Shown here in pieces: positions 37,977-49,015 of a stretch of DNA of 64,000 bases. The position numbers and the translations under genes are program-made. The stretch's first letter is position 1, and each line of letters begins with the position of its first letter. The DNA comes from Limisphaerales bacterium (GTDB lineage Bacteria; Verrucomicrobiota; Verrucomicrobiia; Limisphaerales; JAJOIW01), in contig CBFHOE010000002.1 of the NCBI GenBank assembly GCA_965657355.1, forward strand, positions 96,001 through 160,000, read 5' to 3'. The notes beneath the pieces are model-generated. The model made no database searches, was not told where the DNA came from, and saw only the letters and a program-made list of their open reading frames with translations.

Positions 37977-38933
37977 TTAGTCAGGTTTTAAAGCGGCATC
38001 ATTATACCATTGATATGTCTTTTTAAGACCATCTTTCCAATTTACTTTAATTGATAATTTAAAGGCTTCGATCGCTCTTGATATGTCAGCTTTGGAAGAT
38101 TTGATATCTCCTTCTCTCACCGGGAAGAATTCAGGTGTAATGCTTTGCCCTTTAATTTCCCCTAATTCTTTGATCAGGTCCAGAAGGGAGATAGAGGATC
38201 CAGTAGCCACATTAAAATATTTCCCAGCGACTTGATTTTCTGGAGCTTCAGCGGCAGCGATATTAGCAGCTACGATATTGTCAATATATGTGAAGTCCCT
38301 CGTTTGTAACCCATCCCCAAATACTTTTGGCTGACCTCCTTCGAGAACTATTGTGCAAAATTTTGCTATTACGCCAGAATATGGAGAGTCAAAAGCTTGT
38401 CTTGGGCCGAACACATTAAAATACCTGAGCCCGACAGTGGGTAACTTGTGAAAGTCAAACCACATTTGACCATATTTTTCTGAAGCATATTTCTGCAGCC
38501 CATATGGGGTTAAAGGCAAAGGAGGCAGGCTCTCGGATTTAATCTCCACGGGCTGATCTCCATATATAGCTGATGAAGAGGCAAACAGAAATCGTTTTAC
38601 TTTGGATTTCGCAGCTTGGTCCAAAAGTTTTATGGTGCCTGTGAGATTATCATCATTTGAAGTGACAGGCTCATTTATAGATCGAGGAACAGAAGGCATG
38701 GCAGCTTGGTGGAAAACCCAATCTGCGCCTTCCATAATCCGCGCCACTAGATCAGAGTCATTGATATTTGCTCTATAAAATTCGAGTTTGTGATCACTAC
38801 CCTTCCAGTTAAGGTTTTCCTCTTTGCCAGAGCTCAAATTATCAATCACTGACACTCGGAAGCCACGCTGACAGCAGGCTTCTGCTATGTGGGACCCGAT
38901 GAAACCGGCACCTCCTGTTACAACTACGTTCAT
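37977..38933 (-). CDS. NAD-dependent nucleotide-sugar epimerase (WbpP-like)
   Basis: GGAGFIGSH, HQAA.PSVPRS, ASSSAIYG, PYGLQK, RYFNVFGPRQ..SPYSGVI. Confidence 0.9.
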   Translation of the reverse strand: MNVVVTGGAGFIGSHIAEACCQRGFRVSVIDNLSSGKEENLNWKGSDHKLEFYRANINDSDLVARIMEGADWVFHQAAMPSVPRSINEPVTSNDDNLTGTIKLLDQAAKSKVKRFLFASSSAIYGDQPVEIKSESLPPLPLTPYGLQKYASEKYGQMWFDFHKLPTVGLRYFNVFGPRQAFDSPYSGVIAKFCTIVLEGGQPKVFGDGLQTRDFTYIDNIVAANIAAAEAPENQVAGKYFNVATGSSISLLDLIKELGEIKGQSITPEFFPVREGDIKSSKADISRAIEAFKLSIKVNWKDGLKKTYQWYNDAALKPD

Positions 38934-38987
38934 TTTCAATAAAAAATAATTCTCATGAATATTAATCAACTAGAAACTGGATAACAG

Positions 38988-41900
38988 TTAATTTGTTGAA
39001 AGATAACTAAGAAGATTGGATAGGTCTTGGTTGCTAAGAATTTGATCAAAAGACGAAGGCATGAGCGATTGTGCTATAATGGACTCATCAACAATGTCAG
39101 CAGAATCCACTGAGAATTCATTTCCCTGAATATCAATAAATACTTTCTGCTGGCCATTGACATGTTTAAAAAGTCCAGTAAGGAGTTCCCCTGTGTCTAG
39201 TTCTATCATTCTCAACCGGAATGCCACGTCAAGGTTGAGACTTGGATATAGAATGTCCTCCAAGATTCTTGATCGGCCCCTGTTGGCTATTCCATCTAAT
39301 TGGGGGCCAATGAGCTTTCCAACATTATTAAATTGATGGCATATGGAGCAATGTAGTTTGAAAAGCTCCTCCCCTTTGACCAAATCAAAGGGTAATTCAG
39401 ATATATTTTTTTCAATTTCGGGAATTGTAATTTCACTATCGGATTTTGATCGAGAGAGCTGATTTCTCACTTCCATAAAATCCGCTTTTTTCTGCGCCGT
39501 AAAGTGTGGAGCGACTGCTTCCCAAAGATGTTCTTCTTTGAGCAGGAACTGAGAGGCGACCCCCATTTCTACGACTTTGGCGAGAAGGTTGGATCCTTTA
39601 TCATGTTTTACTAGACTGTTTGCACATCTTCTCTGCCATTGGAATTCCAAAATAGGAAAACCGTCCAAAACCATATCAAGGGCTTCTTGATTTGTTCTGG
39701 AGCTAGCCCATTCCATGAGCTCGCGAAAAAAACCGGGAGTCGTGCGACGTATGCCTTCAAGCCGCTCTTTGAGAGCACTCCAGAATTGGTCTGGTTGTTT
39801 TTTAGCCATTAAGTTAGCAAGGAGTAGTCTTGCTTGTGATGGTAAGTCGGGGCGCTGGAATAGATTATTCAGAAGTTCATCATTTGAAGAGGAATCAATA
39901 TTTTTAATACCTTCAATGACCTGAGACATTCTATTAAGGATTTGTCGGGGTCCTAAATCATCGACTTCCAATTTGGGATCGGAGAATCGACCTGCCGCTA
40001 ACCAGGCGTATGCCCCAGCGGCATCGCCGTCATGAATTTCAATATAACCGGTTTTTCCAGATTCTTCACGGAGCGCCCAAGTATACGGTTGGGCGAGATC
40101 GTTTCTGGGAGGGAATGATTTTTTGATAACTCGACCAGTTTTTGAATCGACCAACTGAATGTAATTTTTTTCATGGGGTTTATTTTCAGGATACCCAGAA
40201 TGGCCAGCCAAATAGAACGAAAGTTTACCAGGTATTTTGAATTCGTTACTTCGAAGGGTTCCAGTAAAGGACTCCCCCCCGTTGGGCAAAGAAGACATAA
40301 ATTTTTCATCATTTTTTCCATCTAATGATGATCTATTCTGGACGAACCAGGGAATATTTTTGTTTGGGTTGGAATAGTCCCTGAGGAAGCGAAATGATCG
40401 CAGTGGAAGAGATGTAAGATTCTCAAGACTAAACTTACTGATTTGATTTAAACGGCTTTTGATGGCATCGGGTAGCACATTAAATGAAATCCCTCTAGCT
40501 TTTGTCTCAGCAACCAGGACCTTCATTCTCTCGAGAGATTGAGTATGTGTATCATCAGTCGCGGCAGGGATCAGAGAGATCAACTTGACAAAATCATTGG
40601 GGGGAAGATTTTTTACTAGATGTAGGAATAAGGTATGAGAGTCTTTAAGATCAACCGTTAGATCAGAAATATTATTGGCAAGAAATTGAGATGATTTGGA
40701 AGATGGAATTGCTAAAAGCAACTCTTGTATATGTGCTAGATAATCTTGATTAGAAAAAAGTTCCTTTACGAGCTGGTAGTTATCCAGGGTTTTGACAATT
40801 TGCCTCAAAGAGAGCTTTACTCTGTGAGCTAGGTGATCATCTTTTTGGGGTATTTCCGATTTAAATTCAAGAAGCAACCTTAAGTACTTTGATTCTGGGT
40901 GACTTGATAAAGCAGCAGCGGCCACTCTCTGTACCATTGGAGACCGATCTCGAATGCCCTGAGCTAAAGACCGGGAGAGCACTTGACTAATATCTGGCCT
41001 TTCAGCACATATTTTGAATGCCTGCACCCGCATGTTTTCTTGTTTATCAACCATGGCATTTAAAATCCTGGCATCGGAGAGTTGCCCCAGCCTTTCTAGA
41101 CCCCAAAGTGCTAGAGGCCTCGCCATAGATGGGCTAAATTCGTTAGAAAGAATCTTATTGAATTCCCTAATCGCTCTGTTTGGGTGTTGATCAACTAAGT
41201 AGTTTAAAGAAAGCAACCGCCTCGTTTTGTTATGACTAGAAAGCTCTGAAACAGCTGAATGGATATTATCTTTGGATAGATTAAGACGTGGATAATTCCA
41301 GCGCTGTGACTCATTGTCCCCATTATAAGTAATCCTCCAGATTCGGCCTCTTTTTCTATCTCTTTTTGGATGATCGAGAGGCACTTCGTAGTGTCCGATA
41401 ATCTTATTGTAAAAATCGGCAACATACATGGCACCATCTGGCCCCCACCTTAAATCAACGGGCCTGAACCAGGGATCAGATGATACGACGAAGTCAATAG
41501 CTTCTTTTGCTTTGGGAGAGCTTCCTTCATAACGCATAACATCCCTATTAATCCTGCTAGTCATAACGTTTCCGACAAAGATATTTTCTTGATATTCTTG
41601 CGGCCATATTGGGTCATCGACCAAGACAAGCCCTGATATAGCAGTGGATCCGTGAATGTGTTGCATTACCTTGGGCGCAAATCCCAAACCATCATGAGGT
41701 TTTCCAAAACTCGGATAGTAAGCTCCTTTCATCAATTGATAAATTGGGAGCGTATGACAATCAGCCGTATAGAGAAACCCGAATTTATCGAAGTCAGAAC
41801 CAAATGGATTGACCTGCCCCCAAGTATACTGCTGAACCGTTTTTCCATCCAAATTCACCCTGTAGGTATTACCAGAATGAAGGTGAATTTCAGAACCATC

Positions 41901-42500
41901 TAAGCCTTTAATTTGTGAGGTATTATTGAATCCATGATTTATATAGAGCCATCCATCGAGGCCGCGGCGGAAGGCGTTATGCATTCCATGGGTATCAATA
42001 ACTTGTCCAGAGGGGCCATAGAGCACTTTACGAAGGTCGGCTTTGTTGTCACCATCAGTGTCCTCCAACCAAAGAATATTTGGAATGCTCCAAACGACAG
42101 CTCCATTTTTGTATGGGTAAAAACCGATAGGAATATTTAATTTATCTGCGAAAGTATGAATGGCATCAGCTGTGCCATCACCATCATGATCCTCGAAAAT
42201 CTTAAGGGAGTCAGAGTACTTTTCGAATTGATTTCCCTCAATTTTATATGGGTAGGCATCTGACGTCGTAGCCCACAACCTACCTCGATGGTCAAATGCC
42301 AAGTTAAGTGGTTTTGCAATTTCGGGTTCAGACGCAACCAATGAAATTGAGAAGCCTTTTGGTAATGAGAAAGTTTTTTGTTGTTCCTCGGGCTTTAGAG
42401 GATCGGTAGGCCGGATATTTGCCTGAAATGGATTTTGAGCCTGAGCAATGAATACGCTGTAAAAAAGACAAAACAAGAAAAATAAAGCCTGCAAATTCAT
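38988..42500 (-). CDS. PVC-type membrane-bound dehydrogenase-domain / c-type heme (CxxCH) protein
   Basis: F.LP.GF...LVASEP, beta-propeller, DPWFRPVD...GPDGA.YVADFY..II.HYE, HEAT-like region, CSICH, GP.L.G, SLMP. Confidence 0.92.
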   Translation of the reverse strand: MNLQALFFLFCLFYSVFIAQAQNPFQANIRPTDPLKPEEQQKTFSLPKGFSISLVASEPEIAKPLNLAFDHRGRLWATTSDAYPYKIEGNQFEKYSDSLKIFEDHDGDGTADAIHTFADKLNIPIGFYPYKNGAVVWSIPNILWLEDTDGDNKADLRKVLYGPSGQVIDTHGMHNAFRRGLDGWLYINHGFNNTSQIKGLDGSEIHLHSGNTYRVNLDGKTVQQYTWGQVNPFGSDFDKFGFLYTADCHTLPIYQLMKGAYYPSFGKPHDGLGFAPKVMQHIHGSTAISGLVLVDDPIWPQEYQENIFVGNVMTSRINRDVMRYEGSSPKAKEAIDFVVSSDPWFRPVDLRWGPDGAMYVADFYNKIIGHYEVPLDHPKRDRKRGRIWRITYNGDNESQRWNYPRLNLSKDNIHSAVSELSSHNKTRRLLSLNYLVDQHPNRAIREFNKILSNEFSPSMARPLALWGLERLGQLSDARILNAMVDKQENMRVQAFKICAERPDISQVLSRSLAQGIRDRSPMVQRVAAAALSSHPESKYLRLLLEFKSEIPQKDDHLAHRVKLSLRQIVKTLDNYQLVKELFSNQDYLAHIQELLLAIPSSKSSQFLANNISDLTVDLKDSHTLFLHLVKNLPPNDFVKLISLIPAATDDTHTQSLERMKVLVAETKARGISFNVLPDAIKSRLNQISKFSLENLTSLPLRSFRFLRDYSNPNKNIPWFVQNRSSLDGKNDEKFMSSLPNGGESFTGTLRSNEFKIPGKLSFYLAGHSGYPENKPHEKNYIQLVDSKTGRVIKKSFPPRNDLAQPYTWALREESGKTGYIEIHDGDAAGAYAWLAAGRFSDPKLEVDDLGPRQILNRMSQVIEGIKNIDSSSNDELLNNLFQRPDLPSQARLLLANLMAKKQPDQFWSALKERLEGIRRTTPGFFRELMEWASSRTNQEALDMVLDGFPILEFQWQRRCANSLVKHDKGSNLLAKVVEMGVASQFLLKEEHLWEAVAPHFTAQKKADFMEVRNQLSRSKSDSEITIPEIEKNISELPFDLVKGEELFKLHCSICHQFNNVGKLIGPQLDGIANRGRSRILEDILYPSLNLDVAFRLRMIELDTGELLTGLFKHVNGQQKVFIDIQGNEFSVDSADIVDESIIAQSLMPSSFDQILSNQDLSNLLSYLSTN

Positions 42501-42565
42501 ATGATATTGACAGGTTATCTTTTAGATGTTGTTTGTCACTATCGAAATGCCAAAACAATAGTCAT

Positions 42566-43114
42566 ATGAGTCGCAGGTATCGATTCGATTTAACCAGTGA
42601 TGATCCACGGATGAGACTGCCAGAAAAAGTCATGGTCGGCATGAAATCTGGCGAAACCGAGGCCCACGTATTATTAAAAGGAATAGGCTTTGCCATTTGC
42701 TATAGGGACAGAATGGAAATCGAAAAAAAAATACCTAGAGATGATGTTCTTTTCGTCCCAGATTTGGTGCAATTTGATTATCGACTCGAAGTAGCTTTTT
42801 GGGGTGAGTGTGGAGACTGCTCAGTAGACAAACTCAATAAGCTGGCGGTTAAAGCCCCAGAAGCAGAAATTTGGGTTTTAAAAAAATCTAAAAACGAAGC
42901 TGATGATCTATTGGTTAAAATGAGAAAAGCTGGTTTGAGAAAAGGGCGTTATAAGGTTGCCTCATTTAATGTGGACGATTTCATGGAAATCCTTCAATTA
43001 CAAAAACCCAAAAACTCGCTTTATTTATGTCAAATGGATTGGGAAATGCGCCAACTTCAAATGGAATTCAACCGGCTATGGTTTGATATACAATTAAACC
43101 TGGAAGAGCTGTAG
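42566..43114 (+). CDS. YaeQ-like protein
   Basis: ETEAHVLLK, PDLV...WGECG...KL.K. Confidence 0.6.
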   Translation: MSRRYRFDLTSDDPRMRLPEKVMVGMKSGETEAHVLLKGIGFAICYRDRMEIEKKIPRDDVLFVPDLVQFDYRLEVAFWGECGDCSVDKLNKLAVKAPEAEIWVLKKSKNEADDLLVKMRKAGLRKGRYKVASFNVDDFMEILQLQKPKNSLYLCQMDWEMRQLQMEFNRLWFDIQLNLEEL

Positions 43115-43150
43115 TCATGCTCGCGAAATAAACCCAACTATGGAGTATCC

Positions 43151-45952
43151 TTGATTGGCGTTGAAAAAAGTGAGACGATTTACTTTTCAGGAATCATTAT
43201 GATAGTTGCATTACAGTTATTCAGGAAATTGATCATCTGGCAAATAGCTGTTTTTGTTCATATTCACTTACATCTCGTACCGTCAGGGCATTGTTTTGAG
43301 TTTACAGCAAAAGTTTTCCCGATCTTGAGAGAAAGTTGCATGCCTTGTCATAATAGTTATGACAAGAAAAGTGGGTTATATTTCGATAACTACCGTGGTA
43401 TCTCAGAACTGATTTCAAACCCGTCACTGGTCATTCAAAAGAAACCGGAAAACAGTAGATTGATGAGGCTGATTTCGGGAGAAGACCCAAAGGAAACCAT
43501 GCCGCCTAAAGGTCGCAGATTAAACTCAGATGAAATCAAAGCAATCTCTTCTTGGATTCACGCAGGAGGTTCAGTGCCTGAAAACTATAATTATGATTAT
43601 GAGATCCAACATTGGGCTTTCCAAGAAATAAACCATGACGATCCGGACCATCGTAGAAAATCGATCGATTATTTTATTGAAAAATCGCTAGCAAAAAAAG
43701 GGCTAGACCTTTCTCCTCCGGCAGACAAGACAACTCTACACCGAAGGTTGCATCAAGTAGTCATAGGGATGCCTCCAGGTAAAATGGAAATAAAAAGCCA
43801 CCTCGATAATACAGGTAATGAAAATTGGGAAACACTGGTTGACAAAACTTTAAACAGCTTTGGCTATGGTGAAAATATAGCGAGTCATTGGTTAGATCTT
43901 GTTAGATTCGGGGAAACCGATGGATTCGAAACAAACCGAGAAAGGCCTAATGCATGGCATTATCGAGACTGGGTCATCAACGCCTTCAATAAAGACATGC
44001 CTTATGATCAATTTGTCAGAAACCAATTAGCGGGAGATTCATTAGGCGACCCAGTCGGCACGTCTTTTTTAGTTGCAGGGCCGATAGATATCGTAAAGGG
44101 CCAAGACCCGCTTCTAGGATTAGTTCAAAGACAAAATGAATTAGACGATTTTGCCAATACCACATCCACAACATTTATCGGACTGACGCTAGGTTGCGCG
44201 AGGTGTCACGACCACAAATTTGACCCTATAAGCCAGGAAGACTATTATGCCATGCAAGCAATTTTCCAAGGTGTCAAACATGGCAACAGAGATATTTACT
44301 CAGGTCAATTTGATACCAATAAACTTAGGAGACTAGAAAATTCGCGGTCTGAAAATTTCAAAAAACTAAAAAAAATCACGAAAAACTATTTCTTACCTGC
44401 GATTAATGGAGTCAAAAATATTGAATCCTTTGAACCAATTAAAGCCGATTATGTAAGATTTGAGATCAGCGAAACAAAAGGAAGCAGCGAGCCGTGTCTA
44501 GATGAAATTGAGGTCTACTCAGGGAAAGAAAACGTTGCCCTATCGAGTCTCGGGGTGAAAGCATCTTCCTCGGGCGATTTTCAACACCCACTGCACAGAC
44601 TCCCCCACATAAATGATGGATTTCATGGGAATTCCAAAAGTTGGATAGCACATAAGGCAAGCAATGTTTGGGTACAACTCACATTTCCAAAACCTACCAT
44701 GATTTCCAAAATTATATGGTCAAGAGATAGAACCGGAAAATTCTCGGACAGATTACCAGAAAAATACAAAATAATTGCCGGTTTAAAAGATAAGAACGCA
44801 TCGATAATTGCATCTCACAAAAGAAGAGGGTATTTAAATGACAACCAACCCTTACCTGAAATCACTGAAATTCTGGAACCGCCCAATGCCTCCGAGGGAG
44901 TGGTTCTAAAAAAGCTCTATAGCGAAATTAATTCAATAGACCGAGAATTAGAGTCATTCCCTAAAAAAGTCCCAGTTTATGCCGGGCAGTTCACCTCTCC
45001 GGGGGAAACTAGATTATTATATAGGGGGGAACCTAATAAACCGAGAGGGATTGTAAAACCCGGGGTTATAAAAAACCTCGGGGCGATAGGAATTGACGGA
45101 AACTCGAGTGATAAAGAGCGCCGTTTGGAACTCGCCGATTGGATAACTGACAATTCAAACCCACTCACTGCGAGAGTTATGGTGAATAGGATTTGGCAAT
45201 TCCATTTTGGGAGGGGACTAGTCTCAACACCAAATGATTTTGGCCGTAATGGAACTCCTCCCTCACATCCAGAGTTGCTGGATTGGCTTGCTTGTGAATT
45301 TATCAAGAAAGACTGGTCTATTAAGCACATTCACAAAATCATTCTTCAATCCAAGACATGGCAACAGTCCAGCAAGCCCAGGAAAGATGGGATGAACCAA
45401 GATGCTCAAGGGCAATTTTATTGGAGATTTACTCCGAGAAGAATCCGAGCTGAAGTCTTACGAGATAGCATTTTAAAAATTTCCAGTTCCTTAAACACTA
45501 AAAGAGGTGGCCCCGGATTTAGTGCTTTTGAAGTGGAACTGGAAAATGTCAGGCACTACCACCCAAGAAAAAATTATGGCCCCAATGAATGGAGAAGGAT
45601 GGTATATATGACCAGGGTCAGACAAGAAAAGGATTCAGTATTCGGTATATTTGATTGCCCAGATGGAAGTCAAAGTGTAGCCATAAGACCAAGATCAACA
45701 ACGCCACTCCAAGCGTTAAATTTATTCAATAGTGAATTTGTCATCGAACAAGCCAATATCTATTCGAACAATTTAAAGAATCGTTACAAAAACAATGTAA
45801 AAAATCAGATTGAAGGAGCCTTTTGGGATATGTTTAGTCGCGCCCCATCTCTGGAAGAAATAGAACTTTCTATGGATCTAGTTAAAAAGGCCGGATTACA
45901 ATCACTCGCGCGGGCTCTTTTTAATTCTAATGAGTTTACATTTATATACTAA
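43151..45952 (+). CDS. planctomycete cytochrome c + DUF1549/DUF1553 protein with discoidin-like insert; start uncertain
   Basis: [70 protein letters not shown]. Confidence 0.93.
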   Translation: MIGVEKSETIYFSGIIMIVALQLFRKLIIWQIAVFVHIHLHLVPSGHCFEFTAKVFPILRESCMPCHNSYDKKSGLYFDNYRGISELISNPSLVIQKKPENSRLMRLISGEDPKETMPPKGRRLNSDEIKAISSWIHAGGSVPENYNYDYEIQHWAFQEINHDDPDHRRKSIDYFIEKSLAKKGLDLSPPADKTTLHRRLHQVVIGMPPGKMEIKSHLDNTGNENWETLVDKTLNSFGYGENIASHWLDLVRFGETDGFETNRERPNAWHYRDWVINAFNKDMPYDQFVRNQLAGDSLGDPVGTSFLVAGPIDIVKGQDPLLGLVQRQNELDDFANTTSTTFIGLTLGCARCHDHKFDPISQEDYYAMQAIFQGVKHGNRDIYSGQFDTNKLRRLENSRSENFKKLKKITKNYFLPAINGVKNIESFEPIKADYVRFEISETKGSSEPCLDEIEVYSGKENVALSSLGVKASSSGDFQHPLHRLPHINDGFHGNSKSWIAHKASNVWVQLTFPKPTMISKIIWSRDRTGKFSDRLPEKYKIIAGLKDKNASIIASHKRRGYLNDNQPLPEITEILEPPNASEGVVLKKLYSEINSIDRELESFPKKVPVYAGQFTSPGETRLLYRGEPNKPRGIVKPGVIKNLGAIGIDGNSSDKERRLELADWITDNSNPLTARVMVNRIWQFHFGRGLVSTPNDFGRNGTPPSHPELLDWLACEFIKKDWSIKHIHKIILQSKTWQQSSKPRKDGMNQDAQGQFYWRFTPRRIRAEVLRDSILKISSSLNTKRGGPGFSAFEVELENVRHYHPRKNYGPNEWRRMVYMTRVRQEKDSVFGIFDCPDGSQSVAIRPRSTTPLQALNLFNSEFVIEQANIYSNNLKNRYKNNVKNQIEGAFWDMFSRAPSLEEIELSMDLVKKAGLQSLARALFNSNEFTFIY

Positions 45953-45966
45953 ACCGATTTGTCTCC

Positions 45967-47391
45967 ATGATTACGCAAAGAACATTTCTCAGTGACCTTT
46001 CAACAGGTTTATCCAATATAGCTTTGCTCAGTCTGCTGAGTGACAACGGTGTTCTTGCGAATACAGAAAGCAGAATAAAAAAAGCGCAACAGCCGCTCAA
46101 CCAACCAAAGGCCAAGCGTGTTTTAATGATATTTTGTTCAGGGGCCTGCAGTCATATTGATACTTTTGATTACAAACCAGATCTCATAAAATATAATGGA
46201 CATCCAATGCCGGGAGCAGAGGGTTTAAAAACATTCCAAGGCGAGCAAGGGAATTTAACTCAAAGCCCTTGGGCGTTTAAACCTCGTGGCCAATCTGGGA
46301 AAATGATTTCAGATTTAATTCCTAAAATTGCCGAGCACGCGGATGATATGTGTTTTATCCATTCGCTCCATAGCAAAACAAATACGCATGGGCCAGGCGA
46401 AAACTTCATGTCGACTGGAAATATTCTCGAAGGCTATCCAAGCGTAGGGGCCTGGGTTTCATGGGCATTGGGAAGTGAAAATCATAATCTACCTGCCTAC
46501 GTCGCTATTCCAGACCCAAGGGGGACTCCGCAATCATCGGTCAATAACTGGAGCTCAGGATTTCTCCCGTCGTCATTTCAGGGAACCGATTTCAATTCAT
46601 CGAAACCGCTTCGAAATCTACATACGCCAACCAGTATAAGTCATTTCTCAGATAAGGTAACAAAAGGCTATTTAGAAAAAATTAATCGAATTCACCAATC
46701 TAAATTTGAAGGAGAATCAGAACTTGAAGCGCGGATACAAAGCTATTCATTAGCAGCAAGAATGCAGCTGAGCATTCCCAGAGCGACAGACCTTTCGAAA
46801 GAACCGGCGAGTATTTTGAAAATTTATGGAGCGGATGACCCCTCTCAAAAGCTCAAATCAGATTATGCCAAGAATTGTATACTTGCGAGAAAGTTACTTG
46901 AAGAGGGAGTCAGGTTTGTCCAACTTTTCAACGGCGCTTATCAAACTGGAGGGGAAGGTGTGAGCAATTGGGACGGGCACAAACATTTGTTCCAACAATA
47001 TAGCAAGCATGGTCCGGTTTTAGACCAACCCACGGCAGCTCTTATTTCGGATTTAAAAACCAGAGGGCTCTTGGAGGACACATTGGTTGTCTGGTGCACC
47101 GAATTTGGAAGAATGCCTACTTTTCAAAAAGGCGCGAGTGGTAGAGACCATAATCCAGATGGTTTTTCAGCAGTGCTTCTTGGGGCAGGAGTCAAAGCTC
47201 CATTTTCATACGGAGCTACAGATTCTTTTGGTTATAAAGCCGTAGAGAACCCAGTCTCTGTGTATGATCTGCATGCATCAATTTTGGCCATATTGGGCCT
47301 TGACCATGAAAAACTGACCTTTTTACATAATGGCTTTGAAAGAAAACTCACCGATGTTCATGGTCACATTATTCGAGATATTTTGTCGTAA
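45967..47391 (+). CDS. DUF1501 family protein
   Basis: [42 protein letters not shown]. Confidence 0.93.
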   Translation: MITQRTFLSDLSTGLSNIALLSLLSDNGVLANTESRIKKAQQPLNQPKAKRVLMIFCSGACSHIDTFDYKPDLIKYNGHPMPGAEGLKTFQGEQGNLTQSPWAFKPRGQSGKMISDLIPKIAEHADDMCFIHSLHSKTNTHGPGENFMSTGNILEGYPSVGAWVSWALGSENHNLPAYVAIPDPRGTPQSSVNNWSSGFLPSSFQGTDFNSSKPLRNLHTPTSISHFSDKVTKGYLEKINRIHQSKFEGESELEARIQSYSLAARMQLSIPRATDLSKEPASILKIYGADDPSQKLKSDYAKNCILARKLLEEGVRFVQLFNGAYQTGGEGVSNWDGHKHLFQQYSKHGPVLDQPTAALISDLKTRGLLEDTLVVWCTEFGRMPTFQKGASGRDHNPDGFSAVLLGAGVKAPFSYGATDSFGYKAVENPVSVYDLHASILAILGLDHEKLTFLHNGFERKLTDVHGHIIRDILS

Positions 47392-47569
47392 TGGTTTTGA
47401 TTTAGTGGGAAACCCTGGATCTCGGGTTTATAAGTCTGGATATATCGGCGGAATGCGTGCATTATGCTCTACTAATTCATAGACAGGAATAGCGTAAAAA
47501 GAAACACTCTCGTTCCTGCGATGAGCTTAGATGAATCGCTTAAACGGGAAAAAATAATTATTTAATGAT

Positions 47570-48982
47570 ATGGACGTGAATGGACTTCATGCAGCTCTAT
47601 CAGCTTCGCCAGAAAACGTGCCGTTGTTGGTATTGATTGCCAGACATTACTTAGATCAATTCGATATTGAAAAGGCTACCAAGCATTTGGATGACGCCTT
47701 GAAACTTGAGCCAGAGAATACTGAGGTCCAATATCTTATGGCAAAAGGAATGAGCTTGGATGGCAAGATTTCAATGGCCATGGTCAGGCTTGAATCTATC
47801 TGCCAGACTAATCCGGAATACGCGGACGCATGGCTTTTGAGAGCGTCTTTATTAGTGACTGAGAATGATGGGCAGTCAGCTAGAGCCTGCTACGATAAAG
47901 CCATTGGAATTAATCCTGATCTTAAAAATGAAAAACTCCTCAAGGATATCATCAAAGCCGGAGGAGAATTTGGTAATAAGTCACCTGAATTAGATAAAGA
48001 TGATGCGGAAAATGAATTTGGAATGGAAAGTGGCTATTCCGAATTTGATGAAGATAGTGATGACTCTATCCCATCATTAGATGGTGTAATGGCACATGAT
48101 TTAGAAGTCGACCTTCAACTTCAAACGGAAAAATCATTCAAGGACATCGGAGGAATGGAAGATGTTAAGGAGGAGATTAAAATGAAAATAATTTACCCTC
48201 TGCAAAAGCCAGAACTATTTTCCAAATATGGAAAAACTGCTGGAGGTGGGGTGTTGCTATACGGCCCCCCGGGTTGTGGAAAAACACTTATGAGTCTGGC
48301 CACGGCGGGTGAAATAAAATCAACTTTTTTAAATGTAGGCCTGCATCAGGTATTGAACATGTATATCGGTGAAAGTGAATCAAGGCTTCACGAGATTTTT
48401 GAATTAGCAAGACGTCATAAACCATGTGTTCTCTTTTTTGATGAAATTGATGCCCTTGCGGCAGACAGAAGGGATATGAGACAATCCGGTGGCCGATTCT
48501 TGATTAATCAATTTCTGAACGAGCTTGACGGGGCCAAAGCTGAAAACGAAGGAGTCCTTATATTGGGAGCAACAAATGCACCGTGGCATGTTGATAATGC
48601 TTTCTTGAGGCCAGGAAGATTTGATCGTGTGATTTTTGTCCCTCCGCCGGATTTAAAAGCTCGGTCTGAAATTGCTAAAATTCACACAAACGAAAAACCA
48701 GTTGTTCAGTTTGATAAAAATGAATTTGCAAAAAAAACAGAAGGATTCTCTGGAGCAGATATAAGATCTGTTTTTGAAAGAGCAACGGAATCTGCATTGA
48801 TGGAAGCCATGAAAAAAGGCGGAGAGGTTGTTCCCATTACTGGCAAATCATTAATCAAAGCAACAAAATCTATTCGGCCATCAACTAAAAAGTGGTTTGA
48901 GAGCGCAAAAAATTATGCGCTCTATGCGAACCAGGATGGGCTCTACGATGATATTTTGTCTTATCTTAAAATGAATAAGTAA
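47570..48982 (+). CDS. N-terminal TPR + classical AAA ATPase
   Basis: TPR helices, acidic linker, F.DIGGM, GPPGCGKT, MYIGESE, FFDEID, ATN.PW.VD.A.LRPGRFD. Confidence 0.93.
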   Translation: MDVNGLHAALSASPENVPLLVLIARHYLDQFDIEKATKHLDDALKLEPENTEVQYLMAKGMSLDGKISMAMVRLESICQTNPEYADAWLLRASLLVTENDGQSARACYDKAIGINPDLKNEKLLKDIIKAGGEFGNKSPELDKDDAENEFGMESGYSEFDEDSDDSIPSLDGVMAHDLEVDLQLQTEKSFKDIGGMEDVKEEIKMKIIYPLQKPELFSKYGKTAGGGVLLYGPPGCGKTLMSLATAGEIKSTFLNVGLHQVLNMYIGESESRLHEIFELARRHKPCVLFFDEIDALAADRRDMRQSGGRFLINQFLNELDGAKAENEGVLILGATNAPWHVDNAFLRPGRFDRVIFVPPPDLKARSEIAKIHTNEKPVVQFDKNEFAKKTEGFSGADIRSVFERATESALMEAMKKGGEVVPITGKSLIKATKSIRPSTKKWFESAKNYALYANQDGLYDDILSYLKMNK

Positions 48983-49015
48983 AAACCGGCATCCAATTTA
49001 TTCAATTGAAAAAGG

